DNA of 62,810 bases, the filler included, from Welwitschia mirabilis (Eukaryota), in NCBI GenBank assembly GCA_051453625.1. It is 6 parts of one record of this genome, joined end to end, with 100 filler letters (N's around TTAATTAATTAA, not from the genome) between each part and the next. Parts side by side here need not be neighbours in the genome. Positions count along the whole stretch, not along the records: positions 1 to 24,207 come from JBOZIK010000001.1; 5 more parts are not named here. One strand, given 5' to 3'. The notes beneath the pieces were generated by a model, which searched no databases, was not told where the DNA came from, and worked only from the letters and a program-made list of their open reading frames with translations. Below are positions 1 through 11,800 of this stretch, piece after piece (the first letter of the stretch is position 1; each line of letters starts with the position of its first letter). A program made the translations under genes and the position numbers.

Positions 1-146
1 TAATATCTCATATTAAATAAGGTGTACAGATGAAATGCACACCACAAGTTTTAAATTCAATGCAATGTGTCATCACCTTAATACATGTAGTACATAACAT
101 CGAAGGTAGTTTAACTTCTTCGTTAGTTTAAACTTTGTTTTATCAG

Positions 147-1549
147 AGATCTGGCGGGAGCATCGGGATATCGATCTCTGCGTACTGGTATTGGCCACTG
201 AACAACGAATTGCAGAACGCCGCGGCATGTCAAAGAGCGATGGACTTCCAGATTGGTTGGTGAGTAGATCCGGCACCAATTGAATGCCGGCCCCTTTTGA
301 GTGGAAGCCGCCACACGGAGTGCCAGTCCCCGCTTCGTTTTCTGAAAAGGAGTGGAAAAGGTGTTGAAACAATGGCGTGTTTTTTGCAGGATCATAGAGC
401 CACTGCTTTATGGCAGATATCCGGAGATAATGCGTCAGATTGTCGGGAACCGGCTTCCGACGTTCACGGAATCAGAGGCAGAGGACATAATCCAGTCGTT
501 CGATTTCATCGGGCTGAATCACTATTCAACGCTCTATATCTCTGAAAATCCCTCGGCCAATTACCCGCCTCAGGATTACATGGACGACATGAGAATTTCT
601 GCAACAGGTCTTTTTGTATTTTATATTACTCACACTGTAACTTCGTTATCAGCCCATTTCTCACAGCGACTGCCATGATTGAACACAGGTGCTGCGGAGA
701 ACCAGGCGATCGCAACATACCTGGTAAAAAAATCCGGAGTCCTTCCAGTCTTTGTAAACAATCAGTTTGGTCCGGATTTAAGCATTCCAAGCAAGCAAAT
801 CCTTCGGTATTGTTAAAAAGCTTGGTGCTATTGCAGAACTACGGTTACGGGTCGGTGCCATTAGGGTTTCAGGAGCTGCTTGAATATGTGAAGGAGCGCT
901 ACGGCAACCCTCCGGTGATCATCACGGAGTGCGGTAAGACGTCCGGCAATTGCAGTAGCTATAACTCAATTCAGAAAAGTGCTTTTCAGAACCAGATGGG
1001 CATCATTCGTCGGAGTCTCTGCGGTGTCCGCAAATTTAATGACTAGAATCCATTCAGACGACTGATTAACAGAACCAGATGAACATCATTCATCTCAGTT
1101 TTGGTGATTTCTGCAAATGCAGGTGTCCCGGACAACTCGTCGGTGCCCATGAGCGAGTCCGTGCGAGACGCGGAGCGCGTTTCGTTTTACAGCGACTACC
1201 TAAGAAGCATGCTGAATGCCATGAGGTAGACCGCAAAACTTTCCAACCTTAAACCAGACACAGTATACGGACAGCCTCACACAAAAGCTTCTATAACTTA
1301 CCAAAGAAACTCTACTGAAATCTTCTGCGGAAAATTTGTTGCAGCAACGGATCAGACACGAGAGGATTCTTTGCGTGGTCATTCGTGGACAGTTTCGAGA
1401 ACGGCATTGGATATCAGATAAGGTTTGGCCTCAATTACCTGGATTTTAAATCCGGCAATCTGCGGAGGGTCCCAAAGTCGTCAATGAAGTTGTTCAAAAG
1501 GATGCTGCGAGGAACCCTTGACGATGGACATCAACATGCTTCCTCGTAA
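147..1549 (+). CDS. Glycoside hydrolase family 1 (beta-glucosidase-like) gene, 3' part only. Exons 147-259, 390-607, 689-723, 837-933, 1123-1225, 1345-1549 (TAA at 1547-1549); 5' exons lie upstream of the window
   Basis: Exons joined at GT..AG sites give one continuous frame: RSGGSIGISISAYWYWP...RAMDFQIGW/IIEPLLYGRYPEIM...RLPTFT...SFDFIGLNHYST...ERYGNPPVIITECG...RDAERVSFYSDYL...NGSDTRGFFAWSFVDSFENGIGYQIRFGLNYLDF...RVPKSS. These motifs and the exon sizes (113, 218, 35, 97, 103 bp) match the conserved plant GH1 gene layout. Confidence 0.93.
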
Positions 1550-1585
1550 ACGTCACATCACAGCCATTAATGATCCTAGGGCCAC

Positions 1586-1771
1586 GTGTCAAGTCTCAAT
1601 TGGGTCTCTTCTGACTTTTCTTAATAGTAGTGAGTTGTCCAGCCTCGTGTTTGGGCTGGGTCAACGCACATTCTACGAGTGTCAAGTCTCAATTGGGTCT
1701 CTTCTGACTTTTCTTAATAGTAGTGAGTTGTCCGGCCTCGTGTTTGGGCTGGGTCAACGCACATTCTACGA
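1586..1771 (+). repeat. 93-bp direct tandem duplication in the GH1 3' UTR/flank
   Basis: GTGTCAAGTCTCAATTGGG...CGCACATTCTACGA at 1586-1678 and 1679-1771, with one visible mismatch (TCCAGCC vs TCCGGCC). Confidence 0.95.
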
Positions 1772-2299
1772 GCATATTATTTAAATAAAATTAAATCGCA
1801 ATTTCATCAAATCTAAGGTGATGTATTAGCAAAATGTACAATATGAACGAATGATTATGATTGTTTATGTTGATGTGCTTTGGCTAAATGGAAGTAGAAT
1901 TTCGTGCCCTTCAAGTATCACTTTTTTTTTTTTTCCCCGTAAAACTCAATACACAGAGAACGTAAAAAAATTAAAGTGAATACTTTTGTTGATATGTTTA
2001 AATATCATTAAAATTCTTTATGATTTTCTTAAAGAAATTTTTTGACTTGGTAAAAACTTTTTTTCTTCAATAGGACTTTTTTAATTGAGAAAGCTAACTC
2101 TATGAGCTGTCTTTAGAAATAAAAAGCTTGTAGATGTATTACTAGGCTATTTTAAAGAAGGGGAGTTGCCAAACCTTGGAGAATTTAGCCATGATTTACA
2201 TAGCTCAGAAACTTGTACATTTTCTTTAACAACATTCTCCAAGGTAAAATTACATTTTAAAAAAAACATAAAAAACTAAGAGAGGAGGGAAAGAAGAAA

Positions 2300-3270
2300 C
2301 GATTTCATCTTTAAAGAGTTACATTCGTCAGCTTCAGCAATTTAGAAAGAAGATAACAACTTATTGCATTCCAAGGAAAGCTTTTTTATTGTGCACTTAA
2401 GGCCCTCTTCCAAAAAGCCAGTGTTTCTCATGAAATCAAGCATTAAGTCATTCCCATCCCTCATTGGTTATAGGGTACTCTTAGAATATGTGTAAAAAGG
2501 ATTCTTCAATTTGATAAAGGCGATGCTTAGATTTTAAATACCTACATGCACTAAACATTGACTTAGTGGTAGCCTTTGCAAACAAAAACACCACATAAAG
2601 CATGCTATTTTTAGAGGAATATGAATCTTGCAAATTTCAACATAAATCTTTTCCTTCATCATCAATATTGGCTTCCCAATAACAAGACAACCAAGAAGAG
2701 ATGGAGACTATTTGAATTTGACTCTCATAACCAATTTGTAAGAATAGCTGTGGAAAGGAGTTGTAGGGAACCAATTCCACTTACTAAAAACATCTCCTGT
2801 TGTCACATTGTTGCAAGTAGTCTAAATGTAATTTTGAAAAAGATGAAAATTTCTCTTCTAGGGATTTGGCAGAGAGAATTTATCTTGGCTTCATTCTAGT
2901 AAATGGGAGAAGGATTGTTTGATGGTCAAACACCTTTCAATTGCTTAGATTTAAATGCCATAACCTTAGGCATTCACTATAGTGGATAAAGTTTTCACGA
3001 AATCCAATTTTATCCCCTATAAAAAAGTCTTTCCAAACCAACAAGTACCACCTGGTTGTAAACCATATTAGACCTTTTTCCAAGCTTGCCAAATAGTATT
3101 TGTTTGTGGTAAAATCTGGTTATGCTTGTATATGTCATTAGTATATGGTGAATCACAAAACTGCCCTAGGGATACAAATATTCTATGTCTAAACGCAACT
3201 TTAATAAAAAAATCCTAAGACTTCCATTTATAGTATAGCCCTAATGTCATTTTCCCTCAGAGATAGATGA
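2300..3270 (-). mobile_element. Degenerate L1-type LINE, ORF2 C-terminal (zf-RVT-like) region; boundaries approximate
   Basis: Minus-strand translations with frameshifts and stops: NTIWQAWKKV, LVWKDFFIGD, EICKIHIPLKIACFMWCFCLQRLPL, IEESFLHIF*EYPITNEGW. These resemble plant LINE motifs FWxDxW, IWxxxIPxKIxxFxW...RLP and EExxxHLFxxCxxxxxxW. Confidence 0.75.
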
Positions 3271-3278
3271 TGAAAGCT

Positions 3279-4400
3279 TGTCAGTAAAGCAAGCACAATG
3301 GTAAAGGTAGTAGAGAGTGAAATTATATTACAAATCCAGGAATGGGACATAGCATTCAAACTAATATAAAAAATTAAGAAAAAAGCATAAATACTTAAAA
3401 TAAAAACATTTAGATTTACTTCTTAACTCATTCAGAATGATATAATTCATTATCACCACGAGTGTTCATGTAGTTCAAGCTCAAGAACAATCGCATAATC
3501 TGATTTATCATAGATATGAGGGTAATATAATCAAGCCACTTAGACTTCACATCAAGAATAAAATAAGTATAGAAAGTAGAGTATCTCAAGATCCAACCAA
3601 TAAACATTCAGGCTATACAAGCTAGAATGAAAAGGAGAATCACCAAAATAAATCTTAAAATAAAAGCATACCTTAGCCAATCCTAAGCATAATAAAATTC
3701 ACAACTTGATATCAATATAGTACACCAAGAACATGTAACATTTTATTATCTAAAAAGTAAAGCATACAATCTAAAAATGTACTTATGCTAAACCAAGAAG
3801 CATCATGCTAGCTTGGTACCTAGCCCATTCCTATGAGAGTCTTAGAAAGAACTAGTGACTAAATCTCCAATCTCTTAAAAATGATTTACCATGAAATGAT
3901 GTTCTCTAAGTTAGAAGAGGCAGGGTATTTATAAGCCAGAATTAGGGTTTACAATTAGGGTTTTAAGAGCCTAATGGAGTCATTCTAAAGAATGCCTAAA
4001 ATACATAAAATAATTCTTTAGTCATGGGGTCAAATTGAGTAGCTCCTCTTAGAAAATATTCCTCGTTCCTCTTCGTTTAGTGGAAATGATCGGAATGAAT
4101 TGCTTGCATGAAGAGAAACAAGGAATGTAAGAATGGTACTGTTTTGCCTCAAATAACTGGCACCGCCATGCTTAGGACTAGTGCCACCACTAATTATGAT
4201 CAACACACATCCATCTCCTACATAATGCTCTTGATGTTACATTTATCTTGTAAAATGATAGTGTTAAGATAGATCAGTAGTAAAAGAATATTTTCATGGC
4301 CCTCAGTGTAAGAAATGCATAAAACTATCATGATGATTAATTAAACTTGCTAACAAGGCCTTCATTCCTTGATATAAATGTCAATTTTTGAGTGTTATCA
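3279..4400 (-). mobile_element. 3' LTR of an Athila-like Ty3/gypsy element; its non-coding internal region continues rightwards to about 7050
   Basis: On the minus strand a purine tract (GTTGGTTGGAGAGTA) precedes TGATAACACTCAA at 4400. There is a TATA box (TATAAATA) near 3925-3932, a probable ...TACTGACA end at 3279, and a second PPT-like tract (GAGGACAATG...TTGGGGGAAG) near 4600-4635. Confidence 0.6.
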
Positions 4401-7111
4401 TACTCTCCAACCAACATTTTACTGGTCCCCTAGTAAAACGTGTGTTAAAAAATTAGATAACATGGTAAAAATTATAAATCAACCCAATCAAGTACAAAAA
4501 TATAAAGGGCTCTAGAAAAAACGTTACCCAATATACTCTAAAATTACACCTTGAATAAAAAATAGGCCATGAAAAGTAAGTACTTTAAGTGCAAATGCCA
4601 CTTCCCCCAACCAAGGCTGAACATTGTCCTCAAAGTTTGAAAGATGAAAAATTGAATGTGAATACAATGAGAAATGAATGATGCATATGCTAAAGTGGAC
4701 TAGAATAAGTTGGAAAAGAAAATTACTAAAAATAAAATTTTCAATGTATGATTAAATTAAAAAAGATAAATTGCAAGCTAATGCAAATGAAAGACTAAAA
4801 ATTTGAATCTGAGTGGCATGACATCTCAGAAAATAACTAGAAGAGGATGGAAAATGAGAAGTGAATGTGATGATTTTGAAATAAAGGTGTAAAGAGTAAA
4901 TCTAGATCAGTCAGTTTCTATAACTTTTTAACAGAGACTAGAGAGTTGAAAACATAGTATATGTAATTAAGAATGCCTGTGAAAAGTAAGAACCTATTTG
5001 TGCATCTTAAAACAACAACCCCAGTTAGGGATGTCGATGGCATTGGCTCTATTAAGAATTAGGTGTTAATTCTGATGTTGTAAAGCCTAGCAGCTGAATT
5101 AAGTCATTTGAATTTGCATGGCAATTCAAAAATAGATCTAGTTTTATAGATTTACAGAAACAAAAATTCACATTAATTTTCTATTAAATTCAAAAGCCAT
5201 TATAGTGAAGTAAGATGCAAGCACAATGAAGCTATTACAATTAGAAAATATAGGTAAACAAGGGTGAGAGAGTAAGATAGAGTGAAGATGCCTCAATAGA
5301 ATTAGATAACCATCAAACTCGATTTCTTGTTGACCAGAAACCTAATGTTTTAGAAGATCATGTGAAGATTTCATATAGAGAAGCTGGAACGATGCAAGCA
5401 TGATTAAAGGATAGTGTTGATATGGGCATATGCCGGTGTTGAGTAAAGTAACAGACATTGGTAATCCCTAGGCAATGCGATAGCATGTAATGTAAAGATT
5501 ACCAAAAACTTACATGTGTAACTAGTTGATAGGGACAAAAATTTGAATCATGGGGTTTTTAGATTATGCTTAACAAATTTGGTTATATTTGCAAGAGTTT
5601 TATTTTTTTGGGTAATGAACTCACATAATATAAAAAAAAATGTGCCTCCTAGGTTCTTTTGAAAAGGGCAAATGAGATGAATGAAAAATGATCTAGGGGA
5701 TCGCGGTCAATGTATGAAATGATGGGAATTGTAATTAAGTCATGCAACTAATAAGCAACTAAAACAAACAAGAATCTAGGAAAATGATTAGTTAAATTAA
5801 AATTATTTTTAGATACTTTTTTAGTTTGTATTGATGGATCTTTGGCCAAGACAATGTAGAGCACAAAAAAGGTAAGAACTTGCAAGACAATAATAGCTAA
5901 TGAATCATAAGTTATAATTAGTTAAAGAGAACATACCATTAGAAATCGTTAATCCCATCTTAATTTATTTCCTTCCCTTATTCTTTCATGGACATCCAAG
6001 TTTCAAGCATTTGATCACATTGAGCATTCAGTGTTATGATACTTCCTTCCAATACATTTAACATGTTATACAAAAAGGATTAAGTGCTACATACACCTAT
6101 AGTCCTAGTGTAGATGAATGTATTACAAATGAATTGCTAGAGATTCATTGTCAATAGGCGTCTATAACCTCGATGTAGTTAACTAAATCAAATAAAAATG
6201 ATCCTGAAAGTGTGCTAAAGATCTTTAAGATTTTTCTTGATGTTTCTTGTTCTTTATTATACTTTTTTTCCCCTCTTCTTTTTGTGTTTATAGCACATAA
6301 AATGGGTCATTAGCTTATTATCCTAATAGAGAAATGATCTCATCCTCATAAATGCTTTGAAACAAAGAAACACCATGAAAGAAGAAAATCCACCTTTTTT
6401 CTTTGTTCCAAATTAAAGGACTAAGGCATGTAAACATTAACTAAAAACTTAAAATATGGATGATTTATTCTTGAATAGCAAAAGCTTTCCTAATATATGC
6501 TAAGCATTGAAATGATAAAGATCACTTTCTTAATGAATTATATGGACAAACATTAACCAATATTAATACGTTTCATGAACTCATGAGTTGATGGAAGGGG
6601 TGGTTGGGAAAGTTTAAGGTAATGACTATTTACTTTAAATTGAGAGTGAGTTTTGGGATTTTCTATGAGGAACGCACCATAAGGAAATAATTGTTTAATT
6701 GTATAAGGACCAAACCACTTAAAAATTAGCTTCCCTAGAAATAAATAAAACTAAGAGTTATATAATCAAATCAAGTCCTCTTCTTAAAGTGTCTTCTTTT
6801 GGATATGTTAATCACGAATCTTTTTCATCTTTTCATTGTTGAGCTTCATGTTGTCATAGCATCACCTTTAATTTATTCTAGTTCATTGAGTTGGATACCT
6901 ATTTTCACCTACCATGTCAAGGTTTATATGTTTCATGATCCAATATGCTTGACGTTCAAGTTTTACAGAAAGATAACTATTTATTTTTTTACAATGACTA
7001 GATTTAAAACTAAGTTAGTACTTAGTTATAATTCTTCCATAGGGATAATTAGGATTAAATAAACAAAAATGACACAACTTTGCTAACTTGCAAGTTTACA
7101 AATTAAAAAGA

Positions 7112-7168
7112 AAATAAAAGAAAAGAAAAAAGGAGANNNNNNNNGAGAGAGAGAGAGAGAGAGAGAGA
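7112..7168. repeat. (GA)n microsatellite preceded by A-rich repeats, interrupted by a short N gap
   Basis: Seen directly in the sequence. Confidence 0.9.
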
Positions 7169-7169
7169 T

Positions 7170-8545
7170 GAGAACTATTTTAAAACTTCATCTAGAAAAT
7201 GGGAATTAAGCAAGCTCTAAATCACATGATTCATCCTTTTGTAAATCCTTACTTAACTATATGCAACACTATCCTAAAACAAAAACTTAGACCATCAAGT
7301 GTAAAAGCATAAGTCATAGTGACATAATGTCATTTACCATTCAAGTGTTATTAAATTTGACAGTTACTAATCCCATATCCTTATAATAAAAATGGAAAAT
7401 ATAAACTAAAGCATGCAAGATCCATAAAACTACTAAGGCTATAAACCAATTAACTAATCAAATCTACCAGGTGACTAAACCAAAACTTGATTGTGTGTTA
7501 TCCCTTAAGCATTCCTAATATAAAGTTGAATTTGAAACTAGCAATCAAAAGGAAATAACTCTAATATATTAAATCAAGAAAATGTACATTACATCAAAGA
7601 TGGAGGAATAGGAAAGACTCCTCAAGCTCCTTTAAATAAGCTCACTTCCCAAAAAGACACTTAGAATGTGACTACACCTTAACACTCCAAAGGTATTGTG
7701 CTTCATTCAAATGAAGGATGATTACAAGTGAGGGTTTAAGGCCCTTGTATAGATGAGGGTAGGGTTGAGGTGGTTAAGAGCCTTTGCCTTATAGTGTTGG
7801 GTAGAATATTCATTATTTAGCATTAAGTAGACAAGATTTTATCTTATAGCATTTGGTGGAGGTTGTCTTGTAGTGTTAGGTAGATTAGATTCTACCCTCT
7901 AAAATTAGGTAGAATTTTCGTCATTTAGCTTTGGTAGAGGTTGTCCTGTAGTGTTTGATGGAGATTATCATATTGCATTAAGTGGAATCTTTGTCATGAT
8001 GAATTCCAACAGGTGGTATTTAGAGCTAGATTCCTCTACCAACTAGTGCTATCACCACATGTCNNNNNNNNNNNNNNNNNNNNNNNNNNNNNNNNNNNNN
8101 NNNNNNNNNNNNNNNNNNNNNNNNNNNNNNNNNNNNNNNNNNNNNNNNNNNNNNNNNNNNNNNNNNNNNNNNNNNNNNNNNNNNNNNNNNNNNNNNNNNN
8201 NNNNNNNNNNNNNNNNNNNNNNNNNNNNNNNNNNNNNNNNNNNNNNNNNNNNNNNNNNNNNNNNNNNNNNNNNNNNNNNNNNNNNNNNNNNNNNNNNNNN
8301 NNNNNNNNNNNNNNNNNNNNNNNNNNNNNNNNNNNNNNNNNNNNNNNNNNNNNNNNNNNNNNNNNNNNNNNNNNNNNNNNNNNNNNNNNNNNNNNNNNNN
8401 NNNNNNNNNNNNNNNNNNNNNNNNNNNNNNNNNNNNNNNNNNNNNNNNNNNNNNNNNNNNNNNNNNNNNNNNNNNNNNNNNNNNNNNNNNNNNNNNNNNN
8501 NNNNNNNNNNNNNNNNNNNNNNNNTCATTAAAACTAGATGTCATA
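7170..8545 (-). mobile_element. Probable second minus-strand Athila-like LTR (gapped); left end approximate
   Basis: Minus strand reads AAGGACAAAGTCC...TTGATTGGGGGTA then TGACATCTAG near 8543, i.e. a PPT followed by a TG LTR start. Degenerate repeats at 7780-7990. Confidence 0.45.
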
Positions 8546-8835
8546 CCCCCCAATCAAAATTGGACTTTGTCCTTAAAGTTATATGGTAAAAAGCATAAAA
8601 TCATTTTAAGAACATAGCTTTAAAAAGATTGAGAGGAGTCCTTTTATTAAAAACAATGTAAAATGATGCAACTAACTCATGAAAAGAGGGAAATCTAACT
8701 AATGCACAATAATTTTTATTTATTCCTAAAAATTATAAGGAAAGACTCAAACCTTAGAAAAAGTTTATTTTTATGATGAGGTGGAGGTGAGGTGGAATGA
8801 ATGATGAAGATGAATAATGAAAATGTGATAATGGA

Positions 8836-11800
8836 TGTTATGATGCCAAGTTGTATGTTTTTGATGGGGTATTTTTCATGGTTTTGTAGGACATTTAGAC
8901 GAGTTTAAGCATAAAATGACAATTATTGAAAGCCAAAGAGAAATTCATAGAAAAGCATAAATACCAATACATTTGAAGGCATCTTGGACTAATTTTGATG
9001 CTTCAATTTTTGAGGAGGAATTGATAAGCTTAAAGACCAATTTAACTTGATAAAGAGCTTCAAGAAGGTTGTCATCCCCTTTATCATTTTGACGATAGAC
9101 CAGAACAACATCCCTTGCATGCTAACTAGGATGCCATCGTCTAAACGATAGACCAGGACACCACCTCTTGCATGCTGAATCGGATGTTGACTGAATTGGC
9201 ATGAAGGATAAATATAGAACTTTGTTGATGTAGCATTGTCTCCACCATCATCCAAATGACAACCAGGATGATGTTTAAAATTAGTCAATGCACCAAACTT
9301 CATCAAACTTATGTAATATGTCATGCTATCTTTTTCACATCTATTAGTGCTTTATCTCATTTGTTAGATTGTCTATTTTTTGAGTCTGTTTTTATTAATA
9401 AATAACGATTTTGTCCTTGACTTTGATCATCTTCATTGCACCAAAAATTATTATGACAGGAGATTGGAGGACTAAGGGTCCATCCATTAGTTACATAGAG
9501 GAATATTCCTTACTATTGAGCTATGTCTGCTTAATTGAGATGTTGCTAGTTTATAATAAGATGTTGGTTTAACTTTTAATGAAAATCTTCTTTTAGTTTT
9601 ATTCATATTCATGTGCGTGTCCCTTATAGTTTATGTTACTTATGATTTTGTGATAGCTTCATTTGTGATATAGGTCATCAAGGGCAACCTTTATTAAGGT
9701 TGAAAATGTTAGTTTAAGAACTTGCATTGCAATTTATATTTCCTAGATTAATCATTGCATGCTTCCCATATTTTGTTTAATGCATTTGATAGCCTAGGTT
9801 AGTTTTAGTTAGTGACAGTTTCTTTGATTGATCTAGGTTATACAGGGCCAATCTTAGTGATAAAGATTTAGTAGTCGGATAGATGTTACATTTAGGGTAG
9901 TTTTTATTTTGCATTTGCATGGTGTGTTTACTTTTCTTGCATTGTTGATTTTCATTTTGAACCTTTACTTTGTGAAAAGCAATTCTCTTTCTTCTCACCT
10001 AGTTCCTTTGATGAATTATGACATTCGAGTCCACTCCCATCTATATTGGTATGTTGTGTTTGTGCATATATTTGTAATTAATAGGATTTGATAAAAGATG
10101 TAACATTTACATAAATACACACTATAACATCTTAGCATCATTTCTGGAAAGGTTACAAGGAGTTTGAGGATTGTTGTTACCCAAATAAGTGCTTAGAATT
10201 TTGATTTAGTTATTTGTTTGTAGTAATGTTGTATTCTTACTATAAATATCATAGTTTTCCTTTCCACATTTTTCTACATTTTTCTTTTTTTAAAGTTTGT
10301 CATCCCCATAACATAGGTGAATGATGGCCTAGGATTAGGGTTTTTAAAGATTTTTTGTAGTTTTTGTTTTGGGTTTTCTATCGTAAAATAAGTCGATATC
10401 ATTTCATCTATCATCCAAATGACATAGATGAATGACTATCAATTTTGGTTTCTGTTCTGTTTCTGTTCTTCTTTGTATTTGGTTTTTTGTTTTTTGTGTA
10501 GTATTCATCCAGGTAATCATTTGGATGACAACAGAGACGACAATGTGGAAACATCATTGAGAATGCAGGGATACAATACATTCAAGTAAAAAGATGAAGT
10601 ATCTGAGAGAGTGGGGCCTGATTAAGGAAAATATCAGAGAAGTTTCAGTCAACATTGAACTTAACCCAGGTATGCACATCCTAATTACATAAAGAATTCC
10701 AAGAATTGAACAAAAAGTTTTCAACTTTCATTATTTTAGAGTCCGATTTTTTAAAAGAAAGAAATAGTATAGACGTGAATCATTTCTTTAATCTATTGAA
10801 TACAATGAAAATGCAAAAACAAGAATCCTCATCCAATACACCACCCAGGATAAGAAATCCTAATGAAAATACCTCTAATGTAAATGTTAAAAATTTGATA
10901 GCCCATAGAAAGCATGAAATTGACAACCTTTTTCACTTACCTCCTAAAGATGATGTAGAGCTAAAAAACTTAAATGCTTATCCAACATTTTTAAGAGAAC
11001 CTAATAAAGATCCTTTTCAATATCTCACTGACATAGAATAATTAGTACTCACTTCAAGAAATGGGAAAAAAAGAATTAGAGATAGAACCTACATGATTAT
11101 CTTTCCTATCAGACTTATAGATAGAGTAAAACTTTGACTTAAAATGATGCCTCATAAAATTATTAAGACCTAGAATTAACTTCAAGATGATTTTATCAAA
11201 AGATTCATGAGCAAAAGTACAATAATAAAAAGAAAAAAGAAAGTCACAAATTTTCAGTGACAACCTAAAAAGGATTCAGCCATAACATATAAACGATTCA
11301 TTATAGTAACTCATTCCAATCCTATTAATGAGTTCCCTAAAGAACAATTAATAGATTATTTTTATAATTTGACTGAATAGAAAAACCAAATAACTTGTAG
11401 ATTTTTCATGTGATGGAAACTTAATGAATTTAGATTTAGAAAATGCATGAACACTATTGAAAGATCTTATTACAATTAGTCAAACTTGGCCTAAACCAAC
11501 TTTAAAGAAAATTGAACTATAAGTCAAATGATAAAAGACTTAAAAGAATAAGAACATGATAAATAGAAAGTCCAAAATAATTTAACAAATGTAATCAAGG
11601 ATTTTATTACTTTGAGAAAATATACTCTAATGATTATAGAAGCAAAAGTAGTAAATAAAAAGAATGTAACATCAACATGTAATACATGCAAAGATAATTC
11701 TCAGGTAATAAAAGAATGTCCCTTTTCACCAACATCTAAAGAGAGAATACTTGAAGAAGTGTGTGCATTTAACCAAAGGCCTCCTAATTTTTAAAACCAA

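Noticed and set aside
73..1382. Minus-strand and alternative-frame ORFs over the GH1 gene
   Set aside because: Shadow ORFs of GC-rich exons; the spliced + strand frame explains the region.
1518..1784. 88-aa ORF with an internal repeat
   Set aside because: A by-product of the 93-bp (multiple of 3) duplication in the 3' UTR; it has a non-ATG start and overlaps the GH1 last exon.
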